Of a stretch of DNA of 57,398 nucleotides, positions 35,068 to 45,469 are shown in pieces. The notes beneath the pieces are model-generated. The model had not been told where the DNA came from, searched no databases, and saw only the letters and a list, made by a program, of their open reading frames with translations. The stretch's first letter is position 1. Each line of letters begins with the position of its first letter. The DNA lies in assembly GCA_040752695.1 (NCBI GenBank), contig JBFMGO010000026.1, positions 1 to 57,398 on the forward strand. Direction: 5' to 3'. The stretch comes from a bacterium (lineage in GTDB: Bacteria > SZUA-182 > DTGQ01). The position numbers and the translations under genes are program-made.

Positions 35068-37045
35068 GTGCGGTCTGATAAAAGATCTGGCTCCAATCCA
35101 GCACGTTTCTTTTCAGGGCCAGGCTCTTTATTTTGGGAGGAACAATGACGGTATCTCCGGGCTCCAGGCAGATAGCGCTGGTGGCACCAGAGATGAAGGA
35201 TTTTTCCTCCTCATTCCAATGCAGGTTGATAAACTGATAGGTGCAGTTTTTGCCCACGATGGATCCATCCACTTTGATGATATAGATGTTTTCTTCTTCT
35301 GCATCAGCCGTAAGCCCGCCCACTTTCTGCAGGTAGTACTCAGCCCGGCGGCTGGGCGTGTAGATCATGGCGGTAGGGTTATAGACTTCGCCAAGAACAG
35401 TGATGGTCGAGGGTTTTGGGGGTATGTGCAGGGTGTCTCCATCTTCCAGTTCAATATCAGTGGCGGAGTTCTGGAATTTTTCCAGGGAGTCGAGTTCTAT
35501 GATGACCCTGCCCGTTGCTTGAGATTCCTTTAATTTATCGAGCAATTGGTTTTCGATACTCAGTGTTTTTTCGATCCTTTGTCTATCTTCCTGGCGGGAG
35601 AGGGATTCTTCGGCGGCCCTGGAAGAAAGCAGGAGAAACTGTCTTTGCAGATCGAGGATATAGCGGTTGAGGCGTTCTTGCTGTACCTTCTGAATAGACT
35701 TGCGGGTAAAGAACGCGCCGCGCAGGTAAGCGAATTCCGTGAAGCCCCCGGCCCGCTTTAAAACGGAAGATAGACGATCTCCTCTTTGAATGATAAACCT
35801 TCCGGGATGCCTGACTTCACCGCTCAGAGTAACCATACCGAGACTCAGCCGGATGAGGTCTCCGTCCTTGATGGGAGCATCAAAAGAGAGTCTTTCGGGT
35901 GTCTTTTCGTCCGTACTCCTGATGCGCTCGATTCCGGGGACACCCCAGACTCCCCCCAGGAATGTTCCCCCCGCAAGCTCCATGAGCTGCCTGACGGTCA
36001 AAGGCTCTGCGGGACCTTTTTGTTCATAAATGCCCGGCCGCTTCACCGGCCCGACAATAGCCACGACCGGACCGATCGGAGGAACAAAAATGGTGTCCCC
36101 ATCCTCCAGGGGTTTATCTTGACTTCGGTCTCCATTCAGGAGAAAATGGTAAAGATCGACCTGGTCGATGGTCTGATTTTGCCTGATCCGTCTGATCGTC
36201 CGCAGGGATCCTGTCCTGGTGGGTCCTGCACAACAGAAGAGGGCATGGTAAATGGTCGAAAGAGGGCTGAGCTGATACGTGCCGGGATTGCAGACTTCAC
36301 CGGCTATGATTACCTGGATTGACCGGAGCTTGCCAAGAGAGACGTCGAGATTGAATTTGGAGTAAAGCCGCGAAAATTGCCGGAAGAGAAACTTTTTTAA
36401 TTCGGCTAGGCGCAAGCCGGAAACGTAAAGCACTCCGAGCCTGGGGAGAATGATCTTGCCATTTTGGTCAACCACGAGCCGGAAGGAATTTTCCACCAGA
36501 CCCCACAGGTAGATGCACACCTCGTCTCCCGGCCCTATTATGTAGTTCGAACTGACCGGCGCCGTGGATGGCGGACTGAAAGCCGAAGTCCGGAAAAGAG
36601 AATAGCCGAACTGCTCCAGTCCCTCATGGGCCTGGGAAGAGAAGAAATATTCGATGCTGGATCGTTCCCTCCCTGCCTGGCTCTGGATGCGGGCATCCGT
36701 ACTGAGACGGTTTCCCGTTGTCTGGCGATTCCCTTCCAGCGCATCGGCAGACGACACCCTTGACCATTGCCCGCTTGACGAAGATGCCTGAGAGGAGGAG
36801 GCCCCTTGAGGGGGGATGAGCTGCTGCCAGGAAGGCCAGGCTGAAAGGTCTGGCGCTGAGGAAGGAGCTGGCTGGGAAGTGCTCTGTTGTATCACCGCCT
36901 GCTGGGCATTGGCGTGCAAAGACAAAACCAGAAGGCAAAAAAAGAACAGCCCCGTCAAGGAGATGACAGCCGTCAAGGAGATGACAGTAGATATGTTTTG
37001 AGAGACTTTTTCCCTCTTTTTTACCGGCTTCTGGTTCATGATCAT
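35036..37045 (-). CDS. Polysaccharide export protein with SLBB domains (Wza/KpsD-like)
   Basis: QFGYSLF, YIIGPGDEV, GEVCNPGTY, GSLR, LEDGD, GGFTEFAY, LEPGDTVIVP. Confidence 0.9.
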   Translation of the reverse strand: MIMNQKPVKKREKVSQNISTVISLTAVISLTGLFFFCLLVLSLHANAQQAVIQQSTSQPAPSSAPDLSAWPSWQQLIPPQGASSSQASSSSGQWSRVSSADALEGNRQTTGNRLSTDARIQSQAGRERSSIEYFFSSQAHEGLEQFGYSLFRTSAFSPPSTAPVSSNYIIGPGDEVCIYLWGLVENSFRLVVDQNGKIILPRLGVLYVSGLRLAELKKFLFRQFSRLYSKFNLDVSLGKLRSIQVIIAGEVCNPGTYQLSPLSTIYHALFCCAGPTRTGSLRTIRRIRQNQTIDQVDLYHFLLNGDRSQDKPLEDGDTIFVPPIGPVVAIVGPVKRPGIYEQKGPAEPLTVRQLMELAGGTFLGGVWGVPGIERIRSTDEKTPERLSFDAPIKDGDLIRLSLGMVTLSGEVRHPGRFIIQRGDRLSSVLKRAGGFTEFAYLRGAFFTRKSIQKVQQERLNRYILDLQRQFLLLSSRAAEESLSRQEDRQRIEKTLSIENQLLDKLKESQATGRVIIELDSLEKFQNSATDIELEDGDTLHIPPKPSTITVLGEVYNPTAMIYTPSRRAEYYLQKVGGLTADAEEENIYIIKVDGSIVGKNCTYQFINLHWNEEEKSFISGATSAICLEPGDTVIVPPKIKSLALKRNVLDWSQIFYQTALGAGVIISAY

Positions 37046-37188
37046 GTAAGATAAAAGTTAAGATAAAAATTGTTTGGGGTATAAAATCAAACCCATCTAT
37101 TCAGCATAAGCAAGGAAAATAGAATAAGGTATATTCTATTTCGGCATTAATACGCTTTTTTTTCTAGGGCTTCTCTCAACGGATGAAA

Positions 37189-37312
37189 GATTACCTATGA
37201 AGAATGATCAGCAAGATGACCATAAAAATGATCATAAGGATGACCAGTAAGGATAACCAGTAAGGATGATCATAAGGAGGATCATAAGAACGATCATAAG
37301 GAGGATCTTAAG
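37189..37312 (+). repeat. 12-13-bp tandem array (GATCATAAGGA(T/G)) ending at the cutA start codon
   Basis: About 9 units such as ATGATCATAAGG, ATGACCAGTAAGG, AGGATCATAAGA. Confidence 0.85.
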
Positions 37313-37639
37313 ATGGCAGGTTTAATTCAGGTCTTTATTACAGTTGCAAACAGGGAGGAAGGGCAGCGCATCGTGGATGCACTGGTGAACAATCGCCTGG
37401 CAGCCTGCGGCCAGGTGCTGGGTCCCATCAGGAGTACCTACTGGTGGCAGGGGAAGGTGGAGAGCGGTGAAGAGTGGATGTGCCTTCTTAAATCTCAGGA
37501 GGAAAAGTTTGCTGAGATTGTCCGCCTGGTGAAAGAGCTGCACTCCTATGAAGTTCCGGAAATCATTGCATCACCATTGATCGCAGTCAGCGACGGCTAT
37601 GAGCGGTGGGTGAGGCAGGAGCTTAAAAATGTCCCTTGA
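37313..37639 (+). CDS. cutA: Divalent-cation tolerance protein CutA
   Basis: LAACGQ, STYWWQGKVE, HSYEVPEII. Confidence 0.93.
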   Translation: MAGLIQVFITVANREEGQRIVDALVNNRLAACGQVLGPIRSTYWWQGKVESGEEWMCLLKSQEEKFAEIVRLVKELHSYEVPEIIASPLIAVSDGYERWVRQELKNVP

Positions 37640-38654
37640 AGGCTTTCATGGCCTCTTCGATGAGAAGGTGGTATGAGCCATGGTAGCGGGGCGAGAAATG
37701 AAAGGTAACCAGCTTTCTTACGCGTGCATCGCGGGCAAGGAGTCCTGCCTGGTGTGCGGTCAGATGGGAGCGCTGAGCGGCCCGGTCCCGATCCTTTTCC
37801 AGAAAGGCAGCCTCGCAAAAGAAGCAGTCTCCCTCTTTAGCCAGGGCCAGTGTCTTTTCCCGGTTGCTCTCAGTATAGGCGCTATCCACCACATAGGCGA
37901 TTTTTTGTCCCCGCGAAACATCGACGATGGATTTAAGGCGGGACAGGGGTTCTTTTATTTCCCGGCCCTTATCCGTGGCTGGAAGCATGGCTGAACCGGG
38001 TTTTTCCAGAAGGATAGTGAAAAGCGTATCATCGGGCTTTGCAGCCCTGATGGCATCTTTGAGCTCTTTGAGCCAGGGACCAACAGGGAGCCCCATTTCC
38101 TGGAGTTTTACCTTATTGACGTTGAGATGATCCTTTTCCTGGAGACAAAAAGCCAGGCAGGGAGTAAAATGGTCCAGGCAGACCGATTTCACCTGAAAGG
38201 TCAGGGTGTCAAGCAAAAATTCCCGTGAAGGGATTCTTTCGGGTGCATGATCAGGATGAAAGCCTGCTTTGCAGGAGAAGGTATTTCGCAGCAGGTGATC
38301 TTCGTGTACCTCCGTAACCTCGAAGGTGAGGTTGCTTTCATAATTTTCGACCAGATTCCAGGTATAGCCTTGCAGTTTTCCGGAAACATTCTGTAAAATT
38401 CCCGGAGGGCCAAAGATGCGTATATGCTTTTCTCTTCCCAAAAGGATACGGAGCAGGTGGTCGAAACCAAAAAAATGATCCATATGAGTATGCGAGATAA
38501 AAATATCTGTGATCCGGAGGAGTTTTTTCGGCGATATGCTTGAGATGTCTCCAAGATCAAAGAGGATGGCCCTGCGGTCAAACAGAAAATCGATGTAAAG
38601 GACCGGATCGCCATGCGCCCTGTTAACGAGGTAGGGATGAAAAATTGGTTTCAT
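37623..38654 (-). CDS. Ribonuclease Z-like metallo-beta-lactamase-fold protein
   Basis: SHTHMDH, GLPVGPWL flexible arm, CEAAF, HLTAHQAG, FHFSPRY; 3' end overlaps cutA. Confidence 0.85.
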   Translation of the reverse strand: MKPIFHPYLVNRAHGDPVLYIDFLFDRRAILFDLGDISSISPKKLLRITDIFISHTHMDHFFGFDHLLRILLGREKHIRIFGPPGILQNVSGKLQGYTWNLVENYESNLTFEVTEVHEDHLLRNTFSCKAGFHPDHAPERIPSREFLLDTLTFQVKSVCLDHFTPCLAFCLQEKDHLNVNKVKLQEMGLPVGPWLKELKDAIRAAKPDDTLFTILLEKPGSAMLPATDKGREIKEPLSRLKSIVDVSRGQKIAYVVDSAYTESNREKTLALAKEGDCFFCEAAFLEKDRDRAAQRSHLTAHQAGLLARDARVRKLVTFHFSPRYHGSYHLLIEEAMKAFKGHF

Positions 38655-38763
38655 ACGCCACAATATCCTTACAGTTTGGAGGTGAGAAATGCGGTTATCT
38701 TTCTCAAGGATACATCAACGGGAATCTTTTGTCATCAGGAAATTACATAAATGAAATAATTCA

Positions 38764-38779
38764 AGCAAAAACCGTGCCA
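38764..38779 (-). promoter_or_regulatory. Sigma54 (-24/-12) promoter facing the RNase Z-like gene
   Basis: Minus strand TGGCACGGTTTTTGCT matches TGGCACG-N4-TTGCW. Confidence 0.75.
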
Positions 38780-38818
38780 TAAGAGGTGGGGGACCCCCAA
38801 TATCTCCTGATTTGGGGC

Positions 38819-38847
38819 TTGACAAAGAGCAAGGATATTGATATACA
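38819..38847 (+). promoter_or_regulatory. Sigma70-type promoter for metK
   Basis: TTGACA-17 bp-TATACA with an extended -10 TG. Confidence 0.55.
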
Positions 38848-38897
38848 TAAGTTTATTGTGGTTTTTACATTACCAATTATTCGAGGGAGAAAAGCTG

Positions 38898-40046
38898 ATG
38901 CATAAGAAAGATTTCTTGTTTACCTCTGAATCGGTTACAGAAGGTCATCCGGATAAAGTAGCAGATCAGATATCCGACGCAGTTCTCGATTTTATCTTAT
39001 CACAAGATCCTCTTGCCCGCGTAGCATGCGAAACCATGGTTACCACCGGCCTGGCCTTCGTGGCTGGAGAGATTACGACCAACTGTTACGTGGACATTCC
39101 CAAGATTGTACGCAGCACTATCCGGGACATCGGGTATATTGATGCCACATTCGGATTCGATTGTGAAACCTGCGCAGTCATCACCTCGATCGATGAACAG
39201 TCAAGAGACATCGCTCAGGGAGTGGACATCGGAGGAGCCGGTGATCAGGGAATCATGTTCGGGTATGCCTGCAACGAGACCGATGCACTGATGCCCATGC
39301 CTATCATGCTCGCTCACCGGCTGGTTCAGAGAATGACCGATGTGCGGAAAAAAGGCATTCTCCCCTACCTTCGGCCGGACGGCAAGAGCCAGGTGACCAT
39401 CGAATATGTTGATAACAAACCGGTAAGAGTGGAGGCAGTAGTTATCTCTGCCCAGCACAGTCCCGATATTGACATCGAAACCCTGAAGAAGGATATCACC
39501 AATCATATTATCAGGGAAGTAATCGATCCATCGTTTCTTGACGATGATACGGTTTTTTATATCAATCCCACAGGGCGGTTTGTCGTGGGCGGCCCGCAAG
39601 GCGACGCAGGGCTGACCGGAAGAAAGATCATTGTCGACACCTATGGCGGGCTCGGCAGTCACGGTGGCGGCGCTTTTTCCGGCAAAGATCCCACCAAGGT
39701 AGACCGCTCGGCATCTTATATGGCCCGGCATATAGCCAAGAATATCGTAGCCGCCGGCATTGCCGAGAAATGCGAAGTTCAACTGGCCTACTCGATCGGT
39801 GTGGAAAAACCGGTTTCCATCATGGTAGATACCTTCCGAACCGGTAAGGTTCCCCTACAGAAGATCAAAGATATTATCTGGAAAAACTTCGATTTGACCC
39901 CTCGAGGGATCATCAATTACCTCCAGCTTCGGCGTCCCATCTATAAAAAGACCGCTGCCTATGGCCATTTCGGGAGACCTGATCCGGAATTTACCTGGGA
40001 AAACGTGGAAAAAGCGGATGACCTCCGGAAGGACGCAGGGATATAA
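38898..40046 (+). CDS. metK: S-adenosylmethionine synthetase
   Basis: [41 protein letters not shown]. Confidence 0.98.
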   Translation: MHKKDFLFTSESVTEGHPDKVADQISDAVLDFILSQDPLARVACETMVTTGLAFVAGEITTNCYVDIPKIVRSTIRDIGYIDATFGFDCETCAVITSIDEQSRDIAQGVDIGGAGDQGIMFGYACNETDALMPMPIMLAHRLVQRMTDVRKKGILPYLRPDGKSQVTIEYVDNKPVRVEAVVISAQHSPDIDIETLKKDITNHIIREVIDPSFLDDDTVFYINPTGRFVVGGPQGDAGLTGRKIIVDTYGGLGSHGGGAFSGKDPTKVDRSASYMARHIAKNIVAAGIAEKCEVQLAYSIGVEKPVSIMVDTFRTGKVPLQKIKDIIWKNFDLTPRGIINYLQLRRPIYKKTAAYGHFGRPDPEFTWENVEKADDLRKDAGI

Positions 40047-40379
40047 TCACAGCGTAGCCTTAAGCATCCCTCCCCTTAAGGGCTTGAAGGGGGTTATGAA
40101 AGAACTCCTTACCAAAAAGAGGATAGAAGTATACACAAAAGAGCCTAAAAACATATATACAAGGAGCAAGGCATCCCCCTTCTTCTTGTGTGCTCTCCTA
40201 TACTCTTTTCCTGTTTGATGAAACTGCTATTTAGTGGATTGGCTTTCTGAGTACTTAAGGGGTGAGAAACAAACTATTTGCTGGAAAAAAAGACGGTAAA
40301 GGAATATACTACCGTTAGGGAATAAAAAGGAGCAGGAAAATGCATCTTATTCCTGTTAACATTCCCGAAAAGACGAGGT

Positions 40380-40952
40380 ATGGGATGTAAGGTGAAAATG
40401 GTAAAGAGATACTTCCTGAATAAAAAAGCCTTCCTTATCGTAGGGGGAGTTCTGATTATAACCCTCTTGGTTTTCCTACGGCAGACGGATCGCCAAAAAG
40501 TGAGTGCTCCGGTGCAGGAGCCGATCGTAAATAAGGCGGACATGGAGGTTAAAAAGATGGAACTATTCGAAACCGAGGCTGGAGATCTGGCCTGGAACCT
40601 CAAAGCCGAGAGAGCTCAAGTGTACGAGAAAGAGGGTGTCGCCTACCTCCAGCACATTACCCTGGAATATCTGCTGGGGGAGGGAGAGGCAGTAATCCTT
40701 ACCGGAGATAAAGGCACGGTCAATTTATCCCAGAAAAATGTGTTTCTTGAGGGGAACGTAGACGCTTCCTCTTACCGGATTCAGCTCAAGACAAACACTC
40801 TTTCCTGGAACAGGGAAAAGAGGCTGCTGACGACCGAGGACCCTGTCTGGTTGCGGCGGAAAAACATAGAGATTACCGGTAAGGGAATGGTTGCCGACAT
40901 GAACCTTAAGAAAATTAAATTGAGCAAGCAAATAAGGACAGCGATCTACTGA
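40380..40952 (+). CDS. lptC: LPS export ABC transporter periplasmic protein LptC
   Basis: N-terminal TM helix, beta-jellyroll-like body (WNLKAERA, LEGNV, ITGKGM); synteny with lptA/lptB; start may be 40398. Confidence 0.8.
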   Translation: MGCKVKMVKRYFLNKKAFLIVGGVLIITLLVFLRQTDRQKVSAPVQEPIVNKADMEVKKMELFETEAGDLAWNLKAERAQVYEKEGVAYLQHITLEYLLGEGEAVILTGDKGTVNLSQKNVFLEGNVDASSYRIQLKTNTLSWNREKRLLTTEDPVWLRRKNIEITGKGMVADMNLKKIKLSKQIRTAIY

Positions 40953-40955
40953 TTT

Positions 40956-41510
40956 ATGCTTATCTTTCGTAATACCGTTGGTACGGGGAGAAGAACAGGA
41001 TGGCTCGATTTCTTGGTGGTGGCAGCCGGGCTCTTGCTCTTTTCGAGCGTTGCGGCTGGTGTAAAAACGGGAAAAGTTCAGGCTGCAAAGAGTCAGGCTG
41101 AAGAAGTTAAGATCCTGATTACAGCCGACGAGGTGGAATTTGACCCGCAGAATGAGATTGCCACCTACACAGGACAGGTCACGGTAACACAGGAGAATAC
41201 CTCCTTGCATGCTGACCGGATTGAAGTACATTTTTCAGCCAAGGGTAAAGATATCGAGATAATCAAGGCTTTTGGCAATATTACAATCACTCAGGAAGAC
41301 AGAATCATTACCGCCCAGGAGGGGGTGTATTACCATCAGGAGCGGAAAGTTATTCTGACAGGGAATCCCATCACCCGCCAGGGTGGAAATTGCATCAGTG
41401 GTGATAAAATCGTTTACCTGTGGGATGAGGGCAAAGCACTTGTCGAAGGAAACGTAAAAGCCACCATTATTATGGACAAGGAAAAAATTGATACGCTGAG
41501 GCCGAAATAG
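40956..41510 (+). CDS. lptA: LPS transport periplasmic protein LptA
   Basis: Signal peptide, ITADE...YTGQV...LHADRI...LTGNP...GDKI. Confidence 0.85.
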   Translation: MLIFRNTVGTGRRTGWLDFLVVAAGLLLFSSVAAGVKTGKVQAAKSQAEEVKILITADEVEFDPQNEIATYTGQVTVTQENTSLHADRIEVHFSAKGKDIEIIKAFGNITITQEDRIITAQEGVYYHQERKVILTGNPITRQGGNCISGDKIVYLWDEGKALVEGNVKATIIMDKEKIDTLRPK

Positions 41511-41511
41511 A

Positions 41512-42228
41512 ATGCTTGAAGCCAGGGGCCTGTTAAAACGATATAAAGGTCGAATAACCGTCAACAGGGTAAGCTTCTTCCTGAAAACAGGAGAGGTAGT
41601 GGGCCTGCTCGGACCGAACGGAGCCGGAAAGACGACGACCTTTCGGATGATTATCGGCTTAATTAAGCCAGAAGATGGACAAATATATCTCAACGGCACC
41701 GATATTACTCATCTTGCCATGTATAAGCGGGCTAATCTGGGAATCAGTTATCTTTCGCAAGAATCTTCGATCTTTAGAAAACTAAACGTCGAACAGAATA
41801 TTATGGCTATTCTCGAAACTCTCGATCTGGATTCGGCAGAAAGAAAACGCCAATTGGAAATGCTCCTGGATGAATTAAACCTGACTGATCTGGCCCAATA
41901 CGAGGCTGATATCCTCTCTGGCGGAGAACGCCGGAGAGTGGAGATTACGCGGGCACTGGTGACCTCGCCTTCTTTTATTCTTCTGGATGAACCATTTGTA
42001 GGCATCGATCCCAAGGCGGTCGTGGGAATACAGAATATTATCAATAAGTTAAAGAAAAAAGGTATCGGAGTGCTTATTACCGATCATAATGTCCGGGAAA
42101 CGCTGACCATCACGGACAGGGCCTACATTATGTATAATGGCGAGGTTCTGATTTCCGGGACTACAGCGGATTTGATCAGGGATGCCAGGGTCAAGGACCT
42201 GTACCTGGGAGAGAGTTTTCGGATGTGA
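41512..42228 (+). CDS. lptB: LPS export ABC transporter ATP-binding protein
   Basis: GPNGAGKTT, LSGGERRRVE, LLDEPF, ITDHNVRETL, YLGESF. Confidence 0.96.
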   Translation: MLEARGLLKRYKGRITVNRVSFFLKTGEVVGLLGPNGAGKTTTFRMIIGLIKPEDGQIYLNGTDITHLAMYKRANLGISYLSQESSIFRKLNVEQNIMAILETLDLDSAERKRQLEMLLDELNLTDLAQYEADILSGGERRRVEITRALVTSPSFILLDEPFVGIDPKAVVGIQNIINKLKKKGIGVLITDHNVRETLTITDRAYIMYNGEVLISGTTADLIRDARVKDLYLGESFRM

Positions 42229-42232
42229 CCTC

Positions 42233-42261
42233 TTGACAGGGGAGATTTATTATGTTATTGT
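42233..42261 (+). promoter_or_regulatory. Sigma70-type promoter upstream of the IHF/HU gene
   Basis: TTGACA-17 bp-TATTGT with an extended -10 TG. Confidence 0.5.
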
Positions 42262-42336
42262 TTATTAAAGAATATTTGGCTAATTCTTCAACGTAAACAA
42301 CTATTTTTTCACGGGGAGAAAGGAGGACCCTGAGCA

Positions 42337-42615
42337 ATGACGAAAGCCGATCTGGTGGTCGAAGTAGCAAAGTTAACCGACTTAACCAAAAAAGAAACCG
42401 AAACCGTAATAAAAACGATATTCGGAAGCATCACGTCGGCCCTGAGCGAGGGAGACAAAGTAGAATTAAGGGGTTTTGGAAGCTTTCGGATCAGGAACCG
42501 AAAGGCGAGACAGGGAAGAAATCCCAAGACCGGTGATATGGTGAACGTGCCAGCTAAAAAGGTGCCATTTTTCAAAGCGGGAAAAGAACTTCGGTCGCTG
42601 GTTGATTACTGCTGA
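42337..42615 (+). CDS. IHF/HU-family DNA-binding protein (IHF-beta-like)
   Basis: MTKADL, VELRGFGSF, GRNPKTG, FKAGKELR. Confidence 0.95.
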   Translation: MTKADLVVEVAKLTDLTKKETETVIKTIFGSITSALSEGDKVELRGFGSFRIRNRKARQGRNPKTGDMVNVPAKKVPFFKAGKELRSLVDYC

Positions 42616-42770
42616 TTCTGGCTGGGTGAAAGAGCAAGGGCTGAATGTATCGAATGTCAAACGAGGACATTTCCCTGCAAGGGGACATTTTCCGGCAGGG
42701 AGAATGTCAGTCGAACGAAGACATTCGATCACCCCGTAAGAGATACACAACTTGAAAAAGAGGTATTGTT

Positions 42771-44240
42771 ATGGCGCTGGAGATGAAGCAAACCTTAAGC
42801 ATGAAGTTGACGCACCGGTTAATGATGACCCCGATGTTGCAGCAGTCTATCAAGCTATTGCAGCTATCCAAACTGGAATTGACCCAGCTCATTCACCAGG
42901 AATTGCAAGAGAATCCGATGTTGGAGGAACTGTCGCTGGAGCCTTCGGATTTCGGACCTGAGGAAATGGATCAGAGGGATGTTAAAGCCGAAGACATCCG
43001 GCTCGGCAGTGATGAAAATGGCTTTGATGATGCAGAAAGGGAAGTGGATTGGCAAAGCTTCGTTGACGATGATGTCGTGGATAATTCGAACCATTTCTCC
43101 GGCTCCGGCAGCGATGAGCGGGAACTTCCACCGCTGGAAAACATCCTGACCAGACCACAGTCTCTCCAGAACTACCTTCTGTGGCAGTTACGCATGTCAT
43201 CCTCCATCAGCGATCAGGAATTTCGGATCGGTGAGATGATTATCGGCAATATCGATGAGAACGGGTACTTGTGCGCAACGATTCAGGAAATGGCCAAGGT
43301 TTTAGAACTGGAGGACAGCGCGGAGGTGGAAAAGGTACTTCGGCTGATTCAAAACTTCGATCCGGCCGGAGTGGGGGCCAGAACCCCTCAGGAGTGCCTG
43401 CTCTTGCAGGTGAAAGAAGAAGAGCCGACAGCATCTCTCATCAGAAGGATCATTCAGAATCATATCATTCAACTGGAGTCCAGGGAATATCAGGCGATCT
43501 CTCGATGTATGGGTATCAGTCCAGCCAAGGTCAAGGAACTGGCCGATATTATCCTGAGCTATGACCCCAAGCCGGGCCGCCGCTTCAATCCCGATGTCTC
43601 TCACTATATCGTACCCGATGTATTCGTGTATAAAATGGGAGATGACTATGTTATATCCTTGAACGATGAGGGGCTGCCACAACTGCGGGTAAGCAATATC
43701 TACCGAAAGATTCTCCGAAAAGGGAAAAACGTTCCAGATAATACAAGAAAGTATGTAGAGGAAAAATTACGATCCGCAGTCTGGTTAATTAAAAGCATTC
43801 AGCAAAGGCAAAGAACGCTCTACAACGTCGCCAAGAGCATCGTCACCTTCCAGCGGGATTTTCTTGATAAAGGAGTTGCTTATTTAAAGCCGCTAACCCT
43901 GGTGGATGTAGCCAACGATATTTCGATGCACGAATCGACGATCAGCCGGGTCACGACGAATAAGTACATGTATACCCCAAGAGGGATTTTTGAACTGAAA
44001 TTCTTTTTCAATTCCGGCTTAAAGAAAAAAGATGGAGATTACATCTCCTCCATTCGAGTAAAAGAGCTCCTGCGCGAATTGATCAAAAATGAGGACGTTC
44101 GAAAGCCCTACAGCGATACTCAGATTTTGGAATTGCTCAAGAAACAGGGAGTGGTAATCGCCAGAAGAACGATAGCCAAGTATCGGGATGAACTGCATAT
44201 TTTGCCTTCTCAAAAGAGAAAAGCAGTATTTCTCGATTAG
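42771..44240 (+). CDS. rpoN: RNA polymerase sigma-54 factor
   Basis: LQQSIKLLQL region I, HESTISR HTH, RpoN box ARRTIAKYR. Confidence 0.97.
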   Translation: MALEMKQTLSMKLTHRLMMTPMLQQSIKLLQLSKLELTQLIHQELQENPMLEELSLEPSDFGPEEMDQRDVKAEDIRLGSDENGFDDAEREVDWQSFVDDDVVDNSNHFSGSGSDERELPPLENILTRPQSLQNYLLWQLRMSSSISDQEFRIGEMIIGNIDENGYLCATIQEMAKVLELEDSAEVEKVLRLIQNFDPAGVGARTPQECLLLQVKEEEPTASLIRRIIQNHIIQLESREYQAISRCMGISPAKVKELADIILSYDPKPGRRFNPDVSHYIVPDVFVYKMGDDYVISLNDEGLPQLRVSNIYRKILRKGKNVPDNTRKYVEEKLRSAVWLIKSIQQRQRTLYNVAKSIVTFQRDFLDKGVAYLKPLTLVDVANDISMHESTISRVTTNKYMYTPRGIFELKFFFNSGLKKKDGDYISSIRVKELLRELIKNEDVRKPYSDTQILELLKKQGVVIARRTIAKYRDELHILPSQKRKAVFLD

Positions 44241-44399
44241 ATGAAGGCTTAAAGAGGTGAGGGTAAAGAATTACGATTACATTATTTTGGTTGAATCTCC
44301 TCTTCGACGATCAGATGCTCCTTTCCATCTGCATGTGGGATTGAATGGTCTGAAAAAAATTATTTATTTTAACGATAGAGATTAAGGAGGTCATGAGCG

Positions 44400-44954
44400 A
44401 TGCAAGTCCTCATTACTGGTAGACATATGGATATGACTGAGGCCTTACAAGACTATGTAAAAACCAAGGTAGAACGCGTAGGCAAGTATTTGGAGAACAT
44501 TAAAGAAGCAGATGTCATTCTGTCAGTCGAAAAATACCGCCATTCTGCCGAAGTAACCATTAAAGCCAATGGAATCACCATCAATGGAGAGGAGGAGACG
44601 GACGATATGTACAGCTCCATTGATCTGGTGATGGAAAAGATCGAGCGGCAGGTAAAAAAGTATAAGGAAAAAATCCGCCAGCACAAGCCCAAACAGGCGC
44701 TGAAAGAAAGCATGGTCATGAACGTATTCGCCTCAGAAGAAAAAGAAGAGGAGGAACAAACCCCCTCTTCCCTGCGTCTGATAAAGACCAAAAGGCTGAG
44801 TATTCATCCGATGAGTCTGGATGAGGCCATTATGCAGATGGATCTTTCAGGAGAAGACTGCTTCATATTCATGAACATAGCCTCGAATTCTTTAAGCGTG
44901 ATTTACCGGTCTAAGGATGACAAACTGGTGTTGATCGAGCCGGAGTTCCAATAA
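44400..44954 (+). CDS. hpf: Ribosome hibernation promoting factor (long HPF)
   Basis: ITGRHMDMTEAL, DMYSSID...ERQVKKYKEK, PMSLDEAIMQM. Confidence 0.93.
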   Translation: MQVLITGRHMDMTEALQDYVKTKVERVGKYLENIKEADVILSVEKYRHSAEVTIKANGITINGEEETDDMYSSIDLVMEKIERQVKKYKEKIRQHKPKQALKESMVMNVFASEEKEEEEQTPSSLRLIKTKRLSIHPMSLDEAIMQMDLSGEDCFIFMNIASNSLSVIYRSKDDKLVLIEPEFQ

Positions 44955-44989
44955 AAGAGAGAGATGGTCCGCGTAACGGAGGGAATTTT

Positions 44990-45457
44990 ATGAAGGTTTT
45001 AGATTACTTGCCGGAGGAGGTCATCGAAGCAGATCTAAAAGCCGAAACGAAAGTAGGGGTTCTGAAGGAGTTGGTTCAACTTTTAGTGAATAATCACCAG
45101 GTCAAGGATGCCAATAAAGCTTTGGAAGTTCTCCTGGAAAGAGAGAAGTTAGGGAGCACGGGAATAGGAGACGGCGTGGCGATTCCTCATGCCAAATTCA
45201 ATGACATAAAAACGCTGGTAGCTGCTTTTGGGCGGTCCCCCAAGGGGATCAATTTCGAATCTCTGGACAATAAGCCCGCTCATCTGTTCTTCCTGTTTTT
45301 GGCCCCCGAAAACTCGGCGACTTTACATCTGAAAATTTTGGCCAGGATTTCTCGGCTCCTTAAAAAAACGACCTTTCGAGAGGCCCTCATGCAGGCCAAA
45401 GGGAGCAAAGAGATTTATCAGGCTATCGCGGACGAAGAAAAAGACGTGATAGGATAA
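44990..45457 (+). CDS. ptsN: PTS EIIA (Ntr/fructose-type)
   Basis: REKLGSTGIGDGVAIPH, HLKILARIS. Confidence 0.9.
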   Translation: MKVLDYLPEEVIEADLKAETKVGVLKELVQLLVNNHQVKDANKALEVLLEREKLGSTGIGDGVAIPHAKFNDIKTLVAAFGRSPKGINFESLDNKPAHLFFLFLAPENSATLHLKILARISRLLKKTTFREALMQAKGSKEIYQAIADEEKDVIG

Positions 45458-45469
45458 ATAAGGGAGAGA

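Noticed and set aside
38700..38897. SAM riboswitch upstream of metK
   Set aside because: No SAM-I (ATC..GAG...GAT) architecture is recognisable; the predicted leader is short
42613..42786. Selenocysteine or readthrough extension of the IHF/HU gene (TGC TGA followed by an open frame with CxxC)
   Set aside because: The HU/IHF domain is already complete, there is no evident SECIS, and the extension runs through a tandem duplication
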